64,000 nucleotides of DNA. Source: Geosiphon pyriformis uo1. Its lineage: Eukaryota; Fungi; Glomeromycota. The stretch covers positions 603,483 through 667,482 of the forward strand of contig JAAOMT010000586.1 in assembly GCA_016748015.1 (NCBI GenBank), written 5' to 3'. The position numbers and the translations under genes were made by a program. Below are positions 14,900 to 28,100 of the stretch, piece after piece. The first letter of the stretch is position 1, and each line of letters begins with the position of its first letter. The notes below the pieces were generated by a model. That model ran no database searches and was not told the DNA's origin. It worked only from the letters and a program-made list of their open reading frames with translations.

Positions 14900-17500
14900 C
14901 TTTGAATATTTGTTTTTATAATAATTATTTGATAAAACTAAATTTTTAATCTATATTTTATTTATCTAATTATTTAATTATATATAAAATAAAACAAAAA
15001 ACAATGTATTTTTGAAAATAAATTGTGTTTTAAAAATTTTATTATCATTTTTTGATAATAATAATAATTTTTTACATTAGAAGAATTAAGCAAAAGTTAA
15101 TTTTAAACAGTAACCTGTACAATAAATGCTTTCTACACGTGACCAGCCACTTGAGCCGATCAAGAAATTTTTAGAAACATGTAACTTAAGTGTTCTTTAT
15201 TTATTTTTTAGCCAATTATATAGTTGAATTGCTCAATCTGTGAAAAGATTAAAGTTTTTCTTATGAATTGTGTTGTTTGTAGTGGTGTGAATTTATTGCT
15301 ATGACTTTTAAAGATTCTGGCTAGTTTATTTACTTGTATCTATAAAGGTTTATTATAAATCTCAAAAAAAAAATCAATCATATAAAAAAATAATACATAA
15401 GTACAGTACTTCCAATATTACAAAATAAGCTAAAATCAATTCGATTAAAGGCATAAAAACATTGTTAATTACGAACTTTATAGTAAAGAAGAGCCATAAT
15501 TGATAAAGTTTATCAAACTTGAGATTTATCAAAAAAGATTCAACAATATTACTTAGATTATATATATTACAAAATTAAAAAATCTATAAATATAAAAATT
15601 ATATTTACCAAATTACATATTCAAATTGATAAATAAAATCTTTTTACTAAGACTATCTTTTGTTTTTAATTGTTTTTTTTACAAATTCTTTGGCTTTCAA
15701 ATAAAGTTTAACAAAGTTTTTTTATTTTTTAATATTACATATATCTAAAAAATTTAAATTTCGAATTTAAAAATAAAATATCATTTATAATACAACTAAA
15801 ATCAGATTTTTGTCTTATATTTTTTTAACATACCAATTTAAATTGGCTTTATATTTTTTAAATGATTTAAGTAATAATACAAAAAAAATCAAGTAATAAA
15901 TAAAATCAATACTTTATAATACTTACAAAAATTTCATAAATATTATTTTATATTAACTTATTTTTATATATTTTGTTAATTATTTGTATTTAATATTACT
16001 AAAATTTGTAAGTTATAATATTAATTTTTTATTAAAATTCAAAATATTAATAAAACAAAATAAAAAACAATAAAATCAAAATTTTATTTATTATAATTGT
16101 TTTATTTATTTAAAAAATATTTAATAAATTTTTTTTAATTCTTAAACTTATTATAATTAAAAAAAAAATACAATTTAATTTTTTATATAATATTTTTTTA
16201 TTTGTTTAAATTTAAACTTGTTTATTGAAAATTTTTTTTTTTACTAAAGTTAACAATAATATTTTAAAAAATAATAAATAAAAAACTCTAAATTCAGATT
16301 AAAAAAACAAAACATAAAAAAAACATATAACAAAAATAAAAAAATTTTAAATTTAATATTTTTAAATATAAATTATTTTTATTATTAAAAAAAAAATAAC
16401 AATTAAATTAATTGTTAAATAATAAAAATTATAATAAACAAAAATATTTAAATATAATACAAAAAATCAAAAATAATAATATATTTAAAAAACTATTTTT
16501 TATTTTTATTTTTATAAATAATAACAAAATTTTTTAACAATTTATAAAAAGTTAATTTTGACCAAAAAAAAAACTTTATTATAAATTTTACAAAAATATA
16601 AATTTAATATATTTGTTTTAATTGATATTTCTATAAAATTTATAACAATAAATTTTAATTTTAATATTTAATTTAAATTTAAACAAAAACAATAATATTA
16701 ATAATATATATTTATTAATATAAATACAAATTAACAAATAATTAAATTGTTAATAATAGTTAACTTAAATAAATTAAATTTAAATATGTAGATTTTTTTA
16801 AAAATATTATAAAAAATCTAATTTAAATAATTATATTAATAAAAATATTATTACAAATAAAATTTAATTCTTTAAAAATTTTACAATTATGAAAAAACAA
16901 GAAAAAATAACACAGTTAATTTAAAAAAATTAGTAATTAATTTAAAAAAAAATATATTAAGCATTAAAATTATGTAAAATTAAATTGTAAAAACTTTGCT
17001 AATTAATAATATAATAAAAAAATACATAAAAAAGACTATTTTAAAAAATCAACTTGAATTATTTTATACATAATAAAAAAATGTTATTAAAATTCAAAAA
17101 AAAACAAAATAAAAGATAAAAATATCAAATATATTTACAAATTAGAATATTTAATATAAATTATTTAATTATATATAAAAAAACTTTTAAAAAAATAATA
17201 AATAAAATTATTATAAGTTAATTATCAGATGCAATTTTTTAATTATTTAATAATAAAACAGTTGGTTTGTTAAAAATATTAAATAAACTTTGAAAACAGA
17301 ATAATACTTTAATTTATAATATATGTTATTAAAGCTTTTTAACTTTTGCATAAGATTAAAAATAGTCTTAAAACATTGAATCAAAGTCTGAGTATTAATG
17401 TAAAAAAAATCAATAATCTACAAATATAAAATTAAAAACGTATAATTTGATTATTGTTTTTAATTAAGAAAATATATATTAATTAAATTTAATTATTATT
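14900..17500. other. Extremely AT-rich, CpG-depleted tract between MED15 and cyclin C; probably fully eroded transposon DNA
   Basis: Almost only A/T, with no ORF of 60 aa or more. A LINE 3' UTR motif sits at 15125-15164 on the minus strand. The transposon origin is inferred. Confidence 0.6.
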
Positions 17501-17598
17501 TTTTATTTCCATTGGAAATCTTTTCATCGGTCTTGTCACGTGAAATTTATATATTAAGTTTTAACATGGAGACCTTGTCTTTCTACCCGATATTCATA

Positions 17599-19474
17599 AT
17601 GGCCGCTGACTTTTGGGCCTCAACTCATGGGTATGTATCATTATAACAATTTCTTTAAAAGTTCCAAAAATCCCTCTTCATTTAATAATTTAATATTTTT
17701 CATATCCTTTTTGAATTCACCCTTGTTTCAAGACGTCACTGGATACTTGATAGGAGAACTTTGGAAAAGTCCCGTCAACCCGATCTGAAATATGTAAACG
17801 AAATAGAACTAGGGAAGTTACGTATATGGTATGCAAATTGTATGTACTCTTGAAAGGTATAACTAATGAAATAAACAATTTTTTAAAATTGAAAATTTAA
17901 TAAATTATGGGATTGATGGTTTTCAAAAAATCTTCATCTAATAGTTTTATAAAATTTTTGAATATTGGATCTGCCGGTCTAATATAATGATTTTTTATTT
18001 TTTTTTTACTTCAAGTAATTCATAATCTGGGTAAAAAACTCAGTGTAAAACAAGTCATTATCGCTACGGCTATAACGTACTTTAAACGTTTTTATACAAA
18101 GTAAGTATTAAAAATCTGAGTTTCTGTATTTTTGTTATTTTAATATTTGTTTTTTTGTTTTTTTTTTAAAAAAAAAATTATGATTTTAGTTTTTTAATAC
18201 CATCATTAATTTCTCAGAAATACATATAGAAACACAGATCCAAATCTTGTAGCGGCTACTTGTATGTACTTGGCATGCAAGATGGAAGAATCTCCACTTC
18301 ATATTAAAACTGTAATCAATGATATGAAAGTTATTGTGAATAATTGCAAAAAGAGTATGAAAAATTTTTAATTTAATTTTATTCATATAATTTTTACTTT
18401 TTACTCTAAACAAAAGATTTAATCTTTATAATTTTAATCTAACAGCGACTCCATCCATATCTACTGAACAATCTTCATTCCCTTATGATAATCAAAAAGT
18501 AGCTGAAATGGAATTTTACCTTCTCGAAGAACTAGAATTCAACTTGATAATCTATCATCCATACCGTACCTTGACCATATTAGCTCAAGAACTCGGTGCG
18601 AAACATGATGCGATTCGTGACGCGTGGACAATTGTCAATGATTCTTATAAATCTGATTTATGTCTTTTACATGCCCCACACATGATTGCTATTGCTGCAC
18701 TTTATATACCAATTGCTATGAAATCGAATGATAATGTGATTAATAATATTTCTCCTAACGTTACCCCTATTATTCCTAGTAGTGGTCGAAGAAGTGCATC
18801 AACTATTACTACTACTACTACTACTACTACTACAACAACTACAACTACTACTACTACTTCTTCTTCGTCATCATCAAAAAATGATAATAGTATTGGTAAA
18901 ACTAATGATTTGAAAAAATGGTTTGCTAATTTGAATGTTGATATGGAAGAGGTAATAAAGAGAAATTTATTTGAGCTTCAGTTTTTCTTTTTTTGTTATT
19001 ATCCTTTTTCATTTATTTGGTTTTAATCATATTACTAAAAAAATCTTCATTTCCTCCTCTCCCGAAAAAAAAAAGATAACTGAAATAGTCCAAGAATTGT
19101 TAACACTATATGAATCATGGAATCAATATACAGATGATCAAATTCCGGAAATATTCTTAAAATTGAAAACATCCACATCAGAAATAGATGATCTTGTCAC
19201 AACTACAACTACCATTACTACTACTACTACTACTACTACTACCAACGCCACCCCCACCCCCACCCCCACTGCCACTGCCACTGCCACTGCCACCAACAAC
19301 AATAATCCAATCATTACTACTAACACCAACGCTATAAGAGCTTTTCAATTTGAAACTAATAATTCTAAAATTGAAGATTATTTCGATCTTGAGGATCCAG
19401 ATCAAGTCTTTGTTCAAGAAATTTTGCAAAAGTATCAGCCTGAAACTTCTTCTGATTCGGAAATTGTGAATTGA
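17599..19474 (+). CDS. SSN8: Cyclin C (Ssn8/Srb11), Mediator kinase module (6 exons)
   Basis: MAADFWASTHGRHW, LGKKLSVKQVIIATAITYFKRFYTK, DPNLVAATCMYLACKMEESPLHIK, AEMEFYLLEELEFNLIIYHPYRTL, AWTIVNDSYKSDLCLLHAPHMIAIAALY, WFANLNVDMEE|ITEIVQELLTLYESW. Confidence 0.95.
18800..18875. repeat. (ACT)n/(TCT/TCA)n repeat encoding a poly-Thr/Ser insert in cyclin C; a second Thr/Ala-rich repeat lies at ~19198-19325
   Basis: Seen directly in the sequence and translation. Confidence 0.9.
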
Positions 19475-20014
19475 ATTTTTCTTTTTGAGAATAAATTTTT
19501 GAAAAAATAATGGCTACCAATATTTAAGGTAATTATTCTTATTTAATCTAATTACCTTTCTTTTGGTCCAATAACGATTTATATTTGTTTAAAAAATCAC
19601 ACTTATCCAATTTTTACAAAGGAAATTAGAAATTTACAGTTTATAATTTTTTAAACCATCCCCTTTTTTTGATCAAAGAATAAAGTTCTTTTCGAGATCT
19701 TCAACCTCTTGTAGTTTTAATAATCCCCATACAAATCATTACTTTTTAAATTAAATATAATAATAATAATAATAATAATAATGAGTGATTCTAATATGTA
19801 ACAGTTGATTTTAGAAAGATTATATTAACCATTCAATACAAAAGCTTTCCTACAACAAAAACCACCTCCCCTCCCCCCCCATCTGATTTTTATTTAATGA
19901 CATCTAATATCTGGTTGATATCTGACTTGTCTTTTTAAAAGCTTCCTTTGAGTATGGTCTCAGAAAAAGAAAAAAGAATCCAGCTTCATACAAGATAGCT
20001 TTGTTTTGGGTTAA

Positions 20015-20053
<39 letters not shown>

Positions 20054-20766
20054 TTGAATATAGTGGTCAATGTGCTTCAATACAACTCATGTAAGAAACT
20101 TACGCGATCAAAATCATCTTATCTAACAGTTTCTCTTTAAATATATAACGTTCAACGTGATTTGTCTTATTATATGAATTCCAAAAATTTTATCTGGGGC
20201 CTATTCGATTCTCCATGCAATAATTCTTTGTTTTCTTTAGATACCCAAGATCTAGGGTTTCATCTAATATCTTCTCATCCTTGAAACTCTTCAAATGTGC
20301 ATAATGTGTAAGTTTACTCTTAAAAATTGTATGCTTTTAATACTTGTAATTATTCTCTTCTTTCTTCCTGACAAGTCTTAAAAAGATATAAATAAAAGAA
20401 TTCTCGGCTGCCCAAATAAAACCCCAATATTTGATAGACTCTTATGTTTTCGTATGTTTGAATCATATATTGCTCGCTACCCAACTCTTATGCAAATATT
20501 AATTTTATCATTACTAATAAGGGTTCCATTCTATTAAATAGTTTTTAGTAAAATTGGACCACATTAAGAGGTCCAGTCCATAAAACCCAGTAAAAAAGCA
20601 ACTGTGTCTTTTTTTATAAAAATTTCTTGTGAATAGCTTCTTTTAATTAAAAAAATTTGACGCGTGATCATCATGATTTTCGTCAATCATCACATCTGCC
20701 AATTCCAAAAAACACGCTTCTATAGTTTGATTCTTGGAGCGAGCCTAGTAATACTAGTTACCAGAA

Positions 20767-23552
20767 ATGTCTTCCTTGACAAAACCTGAACTTCCGAGAA
20801 TGGCCTCTGCAACTTCTTTCATTGCTCTTCTCAAAAGTTTAAAATATCCACACGCGTCCGAACTACTTCCTGAACAAATATCCTGGGCTACTGAAAACTC
20901 CGAAACGCGTGTTATATTTGATTGGTTATGCGAGAATATTGACCTTGAAAATAATGTGGTGAATAAGGAAATACTAACATTGTAAGTGGTAAGATTTAGG
21001 TAGGAATTTATTTGTAAATGTTATCAGCCAAAAATCGAATGGTTAAAAGGTGAAATCAATATATATTTTTTCAATTGATTTTTTATTTCTATTTACCCAT
21101 TTTATTGTTGAATTTGAAAAGAGATAACGTGCAAAATATTGAATCTAAAATACAACCATTGCGTAAACGTCATAATAATTTAATTATTCATAAAAATCTG
21201 ATAAAGTGAGTGTACTTTAACACGTTTCGATATACTTTTATTTAAAACATTGTAAATTGCTAACTGAATTTCTGTTTCACGATCAAAAATAGATCAACAA
21301 TTTCTGGCCTTGAAACCCAACTTGAGAACCTAAGAGGTGTCCTTGAAGACTTAGATGAGAGCTATAAAGAGAAAGATAGATATTTTGAGCAAGATTCGAT
21401 CAAGGTTGGCATAATAGATACATTTCCTACCGGATAATGTCATTAAATGGGAATAACTTCTTTTCAATAAATTATCTTCATTAACTTTTTATGATCATCC
21501 ATTTATTTAGTTGGATTTGAACATGACCGATACCGCAAATGCTGTCAAAGATGTGGTTACCGAGCGAAAAATCCAAAATGGCAAAGGTGTAATTCGATTC
21601 TATTATTGTATTTCACCATTTCTCCATTCATTATCCCGAATATGATAATAAGTCTTCTTTACTTTTACCAGGTAAGATAAGACGAAATTTTATGTATCAA
21701 TGCTCGAATGCATTTAAGGAGTTTGTTGAGGTTGATCAGAATTTCACATACAAGTTGGAGGAACACTGTAAAAGTTTTTTTTCTTCGGTATGGAAATGTT
21801 TTTGTTTTCGACTCCTTTGATTAATGAAAGAATATTAACTAGATTCTTGAATAATTCAGGCTACGACTGATTTTTCTCAGGATGACAGTATAGTTCAGGA
21901 AATAGCCAGATTAAAGTCTATGTATTTAATAAACTATTTTAGTCTCCAATTTTTTGTAACCACGCTTAAAATATCCCTTTTCTCCTTTTATTCAGATATC
22001 CTAATACAGAGCGTAGGTTGATAGAAGCTACAATAGAGCATCAACGTCTTTCAACCTTTCTGCTTGCGTTGGTAAACGAAATTAACCAAGTTGATAGCTA
22101 TATTCCTGATAAAGAAGTTCTCAGGTGAATCTCTAGATTTTAGATTTCTTCAATTTTAAATTTAGACTAATTTTCAAAGTTTTTGTTCAGATCCAAATTT
22201 CAACAAAATTCTGTTATAATCTCCTCCGTCAACGAACAAATCAAAGATAGTCTTGTAAAAATTGAAGCCCTATTAAAATCACTCGCTGAGACTCACATTG
22301 AAAACCCGATTTTGATTGCCGAAAATATTTCAAAATCAAATTGCCAAACCTCTATAATCAGATGTCTGGATGTGGTGAGTTGCTCCCTCTGATTCATAAT
22401 TAATGGATATCACCTTTTGCTTATTGGTGCTTTTTTTTAACAAGCGCTATTAGGTTATCGATTTATCGTTATCGCAATATGCTCACAATCAATTCATTGC
22501 ACAAGCCTGTCAGATTGAGTACGAAAACCAGAAAACGGTGGATGAATTGCTGATTAAGATCAAAAATGAGTTACAAGTAAAAAAAGATGATTCAGAAAAG
22601 CGAATAGTATGTCTCTATCGCTCTTTCTTATCAATAAAGAATTTCCAAAATTCTTTGTATTTTCCAACTATTTACCTGGGATCGGATTTTATTTTTAGGC
22701 TCTATTTTCTGCAAAATGCTTGAACAATCCAGAAACAACCAGCGTGGTGTCTAGTCATGATCATTTGTTACTTTCCATGAAAAATTTGATGTTTCTGGAT
22801 GGAAGTAAGTTTCAAATACAAAAGTCAGTTTGAAAGAATATTTTACATGTTAATAAATTGGATTATTAATTTTACAGCGAATGAAAAGTTTAGCAATGAC
22901 CCATCGGAAGGATCATATTCATTCTTTACATCATATCAATCTTTGAAAGAAAAAATATCCCAGATTCAAGAGTGCAAAGGAAATGTTTCCCACAACCTTG
23001 AAGAAGAATTGAAAGAGTTACAAGAATTTGTTGAAATTTGGTAAAACGATTAGCTTTTTTTGAATAATTTATCTTTTTCGTGAAATCGAAATTTACTATC
23101 ATGATATCAATTTTGCTTACAGTTCCCGGTTTGAACAAACGATGATAGAAACTTTGTACAGTAATTCCCTCACATCCGAATTACTATTGACCCCGATAGT
23201 ATGTATATTTTTTGGTAAATTAATTTGCTAGACATTTTTATGGATTATTAGAAATTTAACAAATTTGCTCCGTTTTTTCTACAGTCATTGTCAGATTTGC
23301 AACTCACACTACGTGCCAAAACAAATCGGCTTCAACCAAAGTTGAGCCAAATTGCTAAAGTGAGTTAAATATAAATTGAATTATTTGGCATGTCTTTTAT
23401 TTGCATTTACTAAGTGAGATCTTTTATATTTTGAATATTTTATTTAGGAATTGATGGCTACCGACCAGATCAGAAAACGTAAAGAATTGTTTCATTTGTT
23501 TCACACAGATCCTGAACAGTTTCAAAACCGTTTCTTTGGGAATTTAAGTTGA
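20767..23552 (+). CDS. HAUS3: HAUS augmin-like complex subunit 3 (many short exons)
   Basis: The N-terminus FIALLKSLKYPHASELLPEQISW...IFDWLCENIDLENNVV matches the HAUS3 N-terminal pattern. A coiled-coil body includes EIARLKS, and the C-terminus is RKELFHLFHTDPEQF..., with TGA at 23550-23552. Some internal splice sites are unresolved. Confidence 0.8.
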
Positions 23553-23810
23553 TAAAACTCTATGGCAAGTTTGAAATTAACTCCAGGTATTTTATTTATA
23601 ATATTTACAATTCGTTCTATAACCCTCAAATTATTTTTGCAACGGACAAATACTCGGGTTTGAACATTACTACCCTCTCAAAAAATTAAATAAAGTAGAA
23701 ATCACTTACCTCGGATTCATATGACTTCTGAGATAGTCTCGGGTACGTCTTTCCAGCTGTTGACAAAGACAAATTTCTTAAAAACTAACTGGAAATGTCA
23801 TGTCATTATT

Positions 23811-24376
23811 TTATCCATTATCCTCTTTTGGGTCGCCAACCTTATTGTGATTCAATAAACCATAATAATAGAATAGGAGAAAAACTGAAACAATACAGAT
23901 CACGATATAGCACAAATATCTCTGATTTCGAACCGAAATCATATGGCGAAAGCGACTAACAGTAGTGTTCAATGACCCGGTAAACGTTGTGAATGAAGAA
24001 TCCTAACGAATGATGAAAGAAATTTGTAATCTAGATATGTATTCACTCATATCGACCCGAAAAATATTAAACGCTTGACAATAAATACCGTTTCCTCTAA
24101 CAAATTAACTTGATCATTTACTTCGTGATGAATATCTAGGGTGAGCTATTTCAAAAGAGACCAAGGTTTTAAAATGTTGGATTAGTAGTTAGCAAAGTAT
24201 GAACTTTGATATTATCATGAGTCCAAGTGAACCACAGGAAACTTTACAGGTTGCAGACTAGAAAAATTCACCTTATGTAAAGCCGAGACTTTTGAATTGA
24301 GTTCTTCTAGGTGCAAGTCATTTTGTGCTTCGTATGTACGAGCAGTCGAGGAGTTGTGATCCCGGTGTGATGACAT
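23811..24376 (-). CDS. SFT1: Golgi Qc-SNARE, Sft1/Bet1-like (3 exons; not in the ORF track)
   Basis: Manual splice gives MSSHRDHNSSTARTYEAQNDLHLEELNSKVSALHK|LTLDIHHEVNDQVNLLEET|DSSFTTFTGSLNTTVSRFRHMISVRNQRYLCYIVICIVSVFLLFYYYGLLNHNKVGDPKEDNG*: a SNARE heptad with central Q and a C-terminal TM segment, joined by GT-AG phase-0 introns. Confidence 0.82.
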
Positions 24377-25179
24377 TCTCGACAGGCAATTTGCGATTAA
24401 AGAACCATAGTCTAACTTTTAAAGTTATGTAAAAAAGGTTTGATTATTTTAAAAATTTTAATAATTAATAAAACACAATAATATTTATCATTATTTATTG
24501 TTTATTGTTTAAAGAAATTAAATTTTAAACAAATAATCTATTTAATTACCGAATAAATATTATGTAATTTAAATCATATATTAAATTATTATGTTAATTT
24601 AGAAAAACTCAAGTGGTTGGTCACGTGCAAACTGCGTCTATTATAGAATGTTTTTAGTTTTGTTTGTGATAGAAAAAAAAATTTCTAAGTTTTAAATATT
24701 TTTCATCAACTTTTTGTGATTAAAGTAAATTAATTTTTTAGAAATAAATTTAATTATTTTTTTGATTTGGATAATATTTAATTACAATTATTAATTCTAA
24801 ATTTTAAGCTATTTAATCATAAAATATAAAAAATATTAATGTTTCAAATTTAAAAATTAGATAATTGTTTTTGGTAACATATTTTTAAGCAATTGTTATA
24901 TATTATATTTTTAAAAATTTTATTATTTAAACATAATTTGTAAATTTAATTATTTAAAATATTGTAAATATAAATAATCTATTTTATTTGTTATTAAATT
25001 TTTTATTTTATTGTTTTTTAGTTTTTATACAATATAATAAATTTTTATTATTTATTTTGTAAATAATAAAACTGTTTAAAAGTTTGTTATTATGTTTGGC
25101 TTTTTGTTGTTTTTAAAAATACTTAATATTTTGTATTGTAATTTAATAAATGTTTTTTAAAATTTTTAATAATTTATAT

Positions 25180-28100
25180 ATTTTTTCTACTTGCTATATT
25201 TCACTATTTCTCTTATAAATAATCCATTTGTTGTGGACCTGGAAGCTGCTCCCAGTGGTAGTATGTTGAATAAGAAAGCTTCTGTTGGTGCTTTTTCTGG
25301 TTCTACTGGTGGTTTCTCCTCTCAAAAGAAAAAAGTTTCTCTTCACCATATGATTCAGTCTGGTGATAAACATGAAGCTGCTTTGGCCAAACCTTGTTTT
25401 AAAGGAAGTCAATACTCGGATATAGAAAGTGATTCTGGTAACAGTGTTGCTGGTAACATATTGGCTGGTGGTGGTGATGGTTCTCTTTTCAGCTCAGCTG
25501 CAATGACTCCTAAGGCAAAGAAGATTAAGAATAATTTGGACTGCAGTTCTCTTCTTGGTTCCTTGGATTATAATATGGACGATAATGATGGTAGTCCTCT
25601 CTCTTCTCCTTTTGGTATTTCTCTGGACAGGATTTGGTTAGATCCTAAAATTATTAAGACTTAAGTAGAGATAGCAGTTAAGAAATTATTTGTTTTGGAT
25701 ATCAATATCTCAAATATGGAAGGCAAATCAGTGACAGCAAAGACTCAGCTCATAAGAAAAATTTTCTCAAAAATCATTGGTTTTGGGGGGGGCCACTATC
25801 CCTTCAAAATTTGAAGAGATTATCAGATCCACATTCACATCAGAAGAAAGCATGAAAAAAGCTGTGTCATTGACTGGAGAAAATGGGATCATCGTAAACA
25901 CCAATTTCAAGAGACAGGGAGTGCATTCAGATCGGACTGTGGTGATAAAAAAAATTTCCATGAACATGCCAAAAGAAATGATCATCACTGTAGTATCCGA
26001 GTATGGTCAGATTGTGTCTATCAAAGTTCAGTTAATTGGGCTGTAATAGAAGACTGTGGTGAAGTTCACCGAATCTAGCCAGGCTGATCTGTTAGCATCA
26101 AAATGGTCATTCCTAATTGGGAAAGATTCTGTGCGTGTGGCCAAAGCTATGGAAGATCGTGAGACATGGGCTTTTAGGGATCAATTCAGGGTGCTTCTTT
26201 TCACATTGCCAGTGGGAACAACAGCTCATGATCTTGGGACTCTTTTGGAAGGGGCTGGTGGGAAAACTTGTGTCATCAATCGTTCATTGGAGACTGGCAA
26301 TAGAACTTACTGTGCTGTGGTCTGTTTTGAATCTGATGAAGCTATGGAATCAGCTTTTCGCATGGAGCCAATCTTTGATGGTGTGAAACTCTCATGGGCT
26401 AGGTTGGATTTAGTTCACTGTGAACAGTGTGGAAAGTTTGGTCATTCTGCCTTGGAATGTAATGCTGAGATTGTGTCAGCTTCCCAGTCATTCAAGTCAT
26501 TTAAAAAGTCTGCTAACTTGGATACTCATCTCCAGTTGGCCAAATTATATGCTAAAAAGAAGGTTCCGATCTCTCGTCCTGTTGCTTTTGGAGGCAAATC
26601 CTGGGCCCAAGTGGTCTCAGTTGCTTCAGTCTCTCATGGTTTTCATGATGGCTCTGGTTCTGGTTCTCTGCCTTTTGGTGCTTCAAGTTCTGGTGGTACC
26701 CCTCCCCTTTTTTCTATGGTCGATTTCCCCTTGGGTACATGTTTGGCATGGCTGGAACGCTCTATGGAGCTCTTATCTGATCAAATTTTGAACATTTTTC
26801 TTTGTCTTGACAATTTCAGTTTGGTGCCTTCAGCTCCTCTTTCTAGTATGATTTCTTTTGTGGGTACTCCTCATCTATCCATCTCTGATTCTCTTATGGT
26901 TGCTAACTCTGACTTGGGTTCCAACATAGTGTTAAATGTTCCTATGATTCAGCCTATTTCTCTTTCCTCTGGCAATAACAATTCTCAATTGGATCTAAGC
27001 AGTTCCAAGGTGCTAACTTCTAAAGTTGGCATTTTAGAGTCAAAGTTGGTTGCCCTTGATGCCTCCATTGGCTCAATTTTGGCAAAGTTAGAGCAGATGT
27101 GTGCTGGTTCAGGTTCTCTGGTCCTCTTCTCATCTCAATGACCAGTTATATTTGGAAAATTGCCACATACAATGTTAGGGGAATAAACAATCTTGTAAAA
27201 CAGGAGGATATAATTTGTTGGCATAAAGAAATGAACAATATGATCTTAATTGTTATTAAGACTAAGTTGAAAGATGAGGTTTGCCCTTGGATCATGAACA
27301 AGTTTGTTGGTGTTTGGGTTTTTACTTTTGGTTTGAATTCTGATCACATGAGTTCTGGAGTCATGATCATTATAAATGATTTCTTGGCTCAGCATGTGTG
27401 TAAGGTTTCAGACATTCCTGGCTGGTTTTTTTCTGTCAAGCTTCTCTTCAAAAATAAACTGTCTGTGTTGGTTTTAGGGTTGTATACTGAATCATCTTTG
27501 GCAGTACATTTCTCTCAGGCAGATGATATTAATTCTTTGATTGCGAGGGCAGTAAATGAGTCTTCTTTCGTCATCTTGGGTGGTGATTTCAATGAAGATG
27601 GTTCTCGCAAGAGTGCTAGCTTCAGAAAATGTTTTGATTTGGATTTGGTTAACTCCTTGAGTGGAAGCTTGTTTGGAAAGAAAGCTACATAGACCAATTC
27701 TTGTGGAGCGGCTAAAATTATTGATTATGTGTTTGTGTTGTCGAGTCTAGTTAATGCAATTCTGGATCGTGATGTGTCTGGTGTTGAAGAGTATTTTGAT
27801 ACTAATCATAAGGCTGTTTCTGTTTCTGTGAGTCTTGATGGTTTGCTGGATGCGCAGTTGAACTCATTGTGCAAACAAGCAAATAAGGATTGTTGAAAGT
27901 ACAATTTTGTGGATGCTGATGATGCTGAATGGATCAAGTTTAAAGAGGATACGTTAGCAAATGCTGCCATGTTCTATGATGAATTTTACGCTGCCAAGAT
28001 GAGTTTGGATCTGGACACAATATGAAGTCACCTTCGCCAAGTGGTATGTTTGTTGGCTGAGAATGTTTTCAAAAAAAAGTGGTTTAAGGGTTTCAACAGT

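Noticed and set aside
14900-17500. Centromere or organellar insertion
   Set aside because: No repeat unit or organellar gene remnant is visible. AT richness is explained more simply by transposon erosion, although a centromere cannot be excluded from sequence alone.
17702-17710. ATATCCTTT resembling a U12 5' splice site in cyclin C
   Set aside because: It lies inside a normal GT-AG intron that already gives the correct frame.
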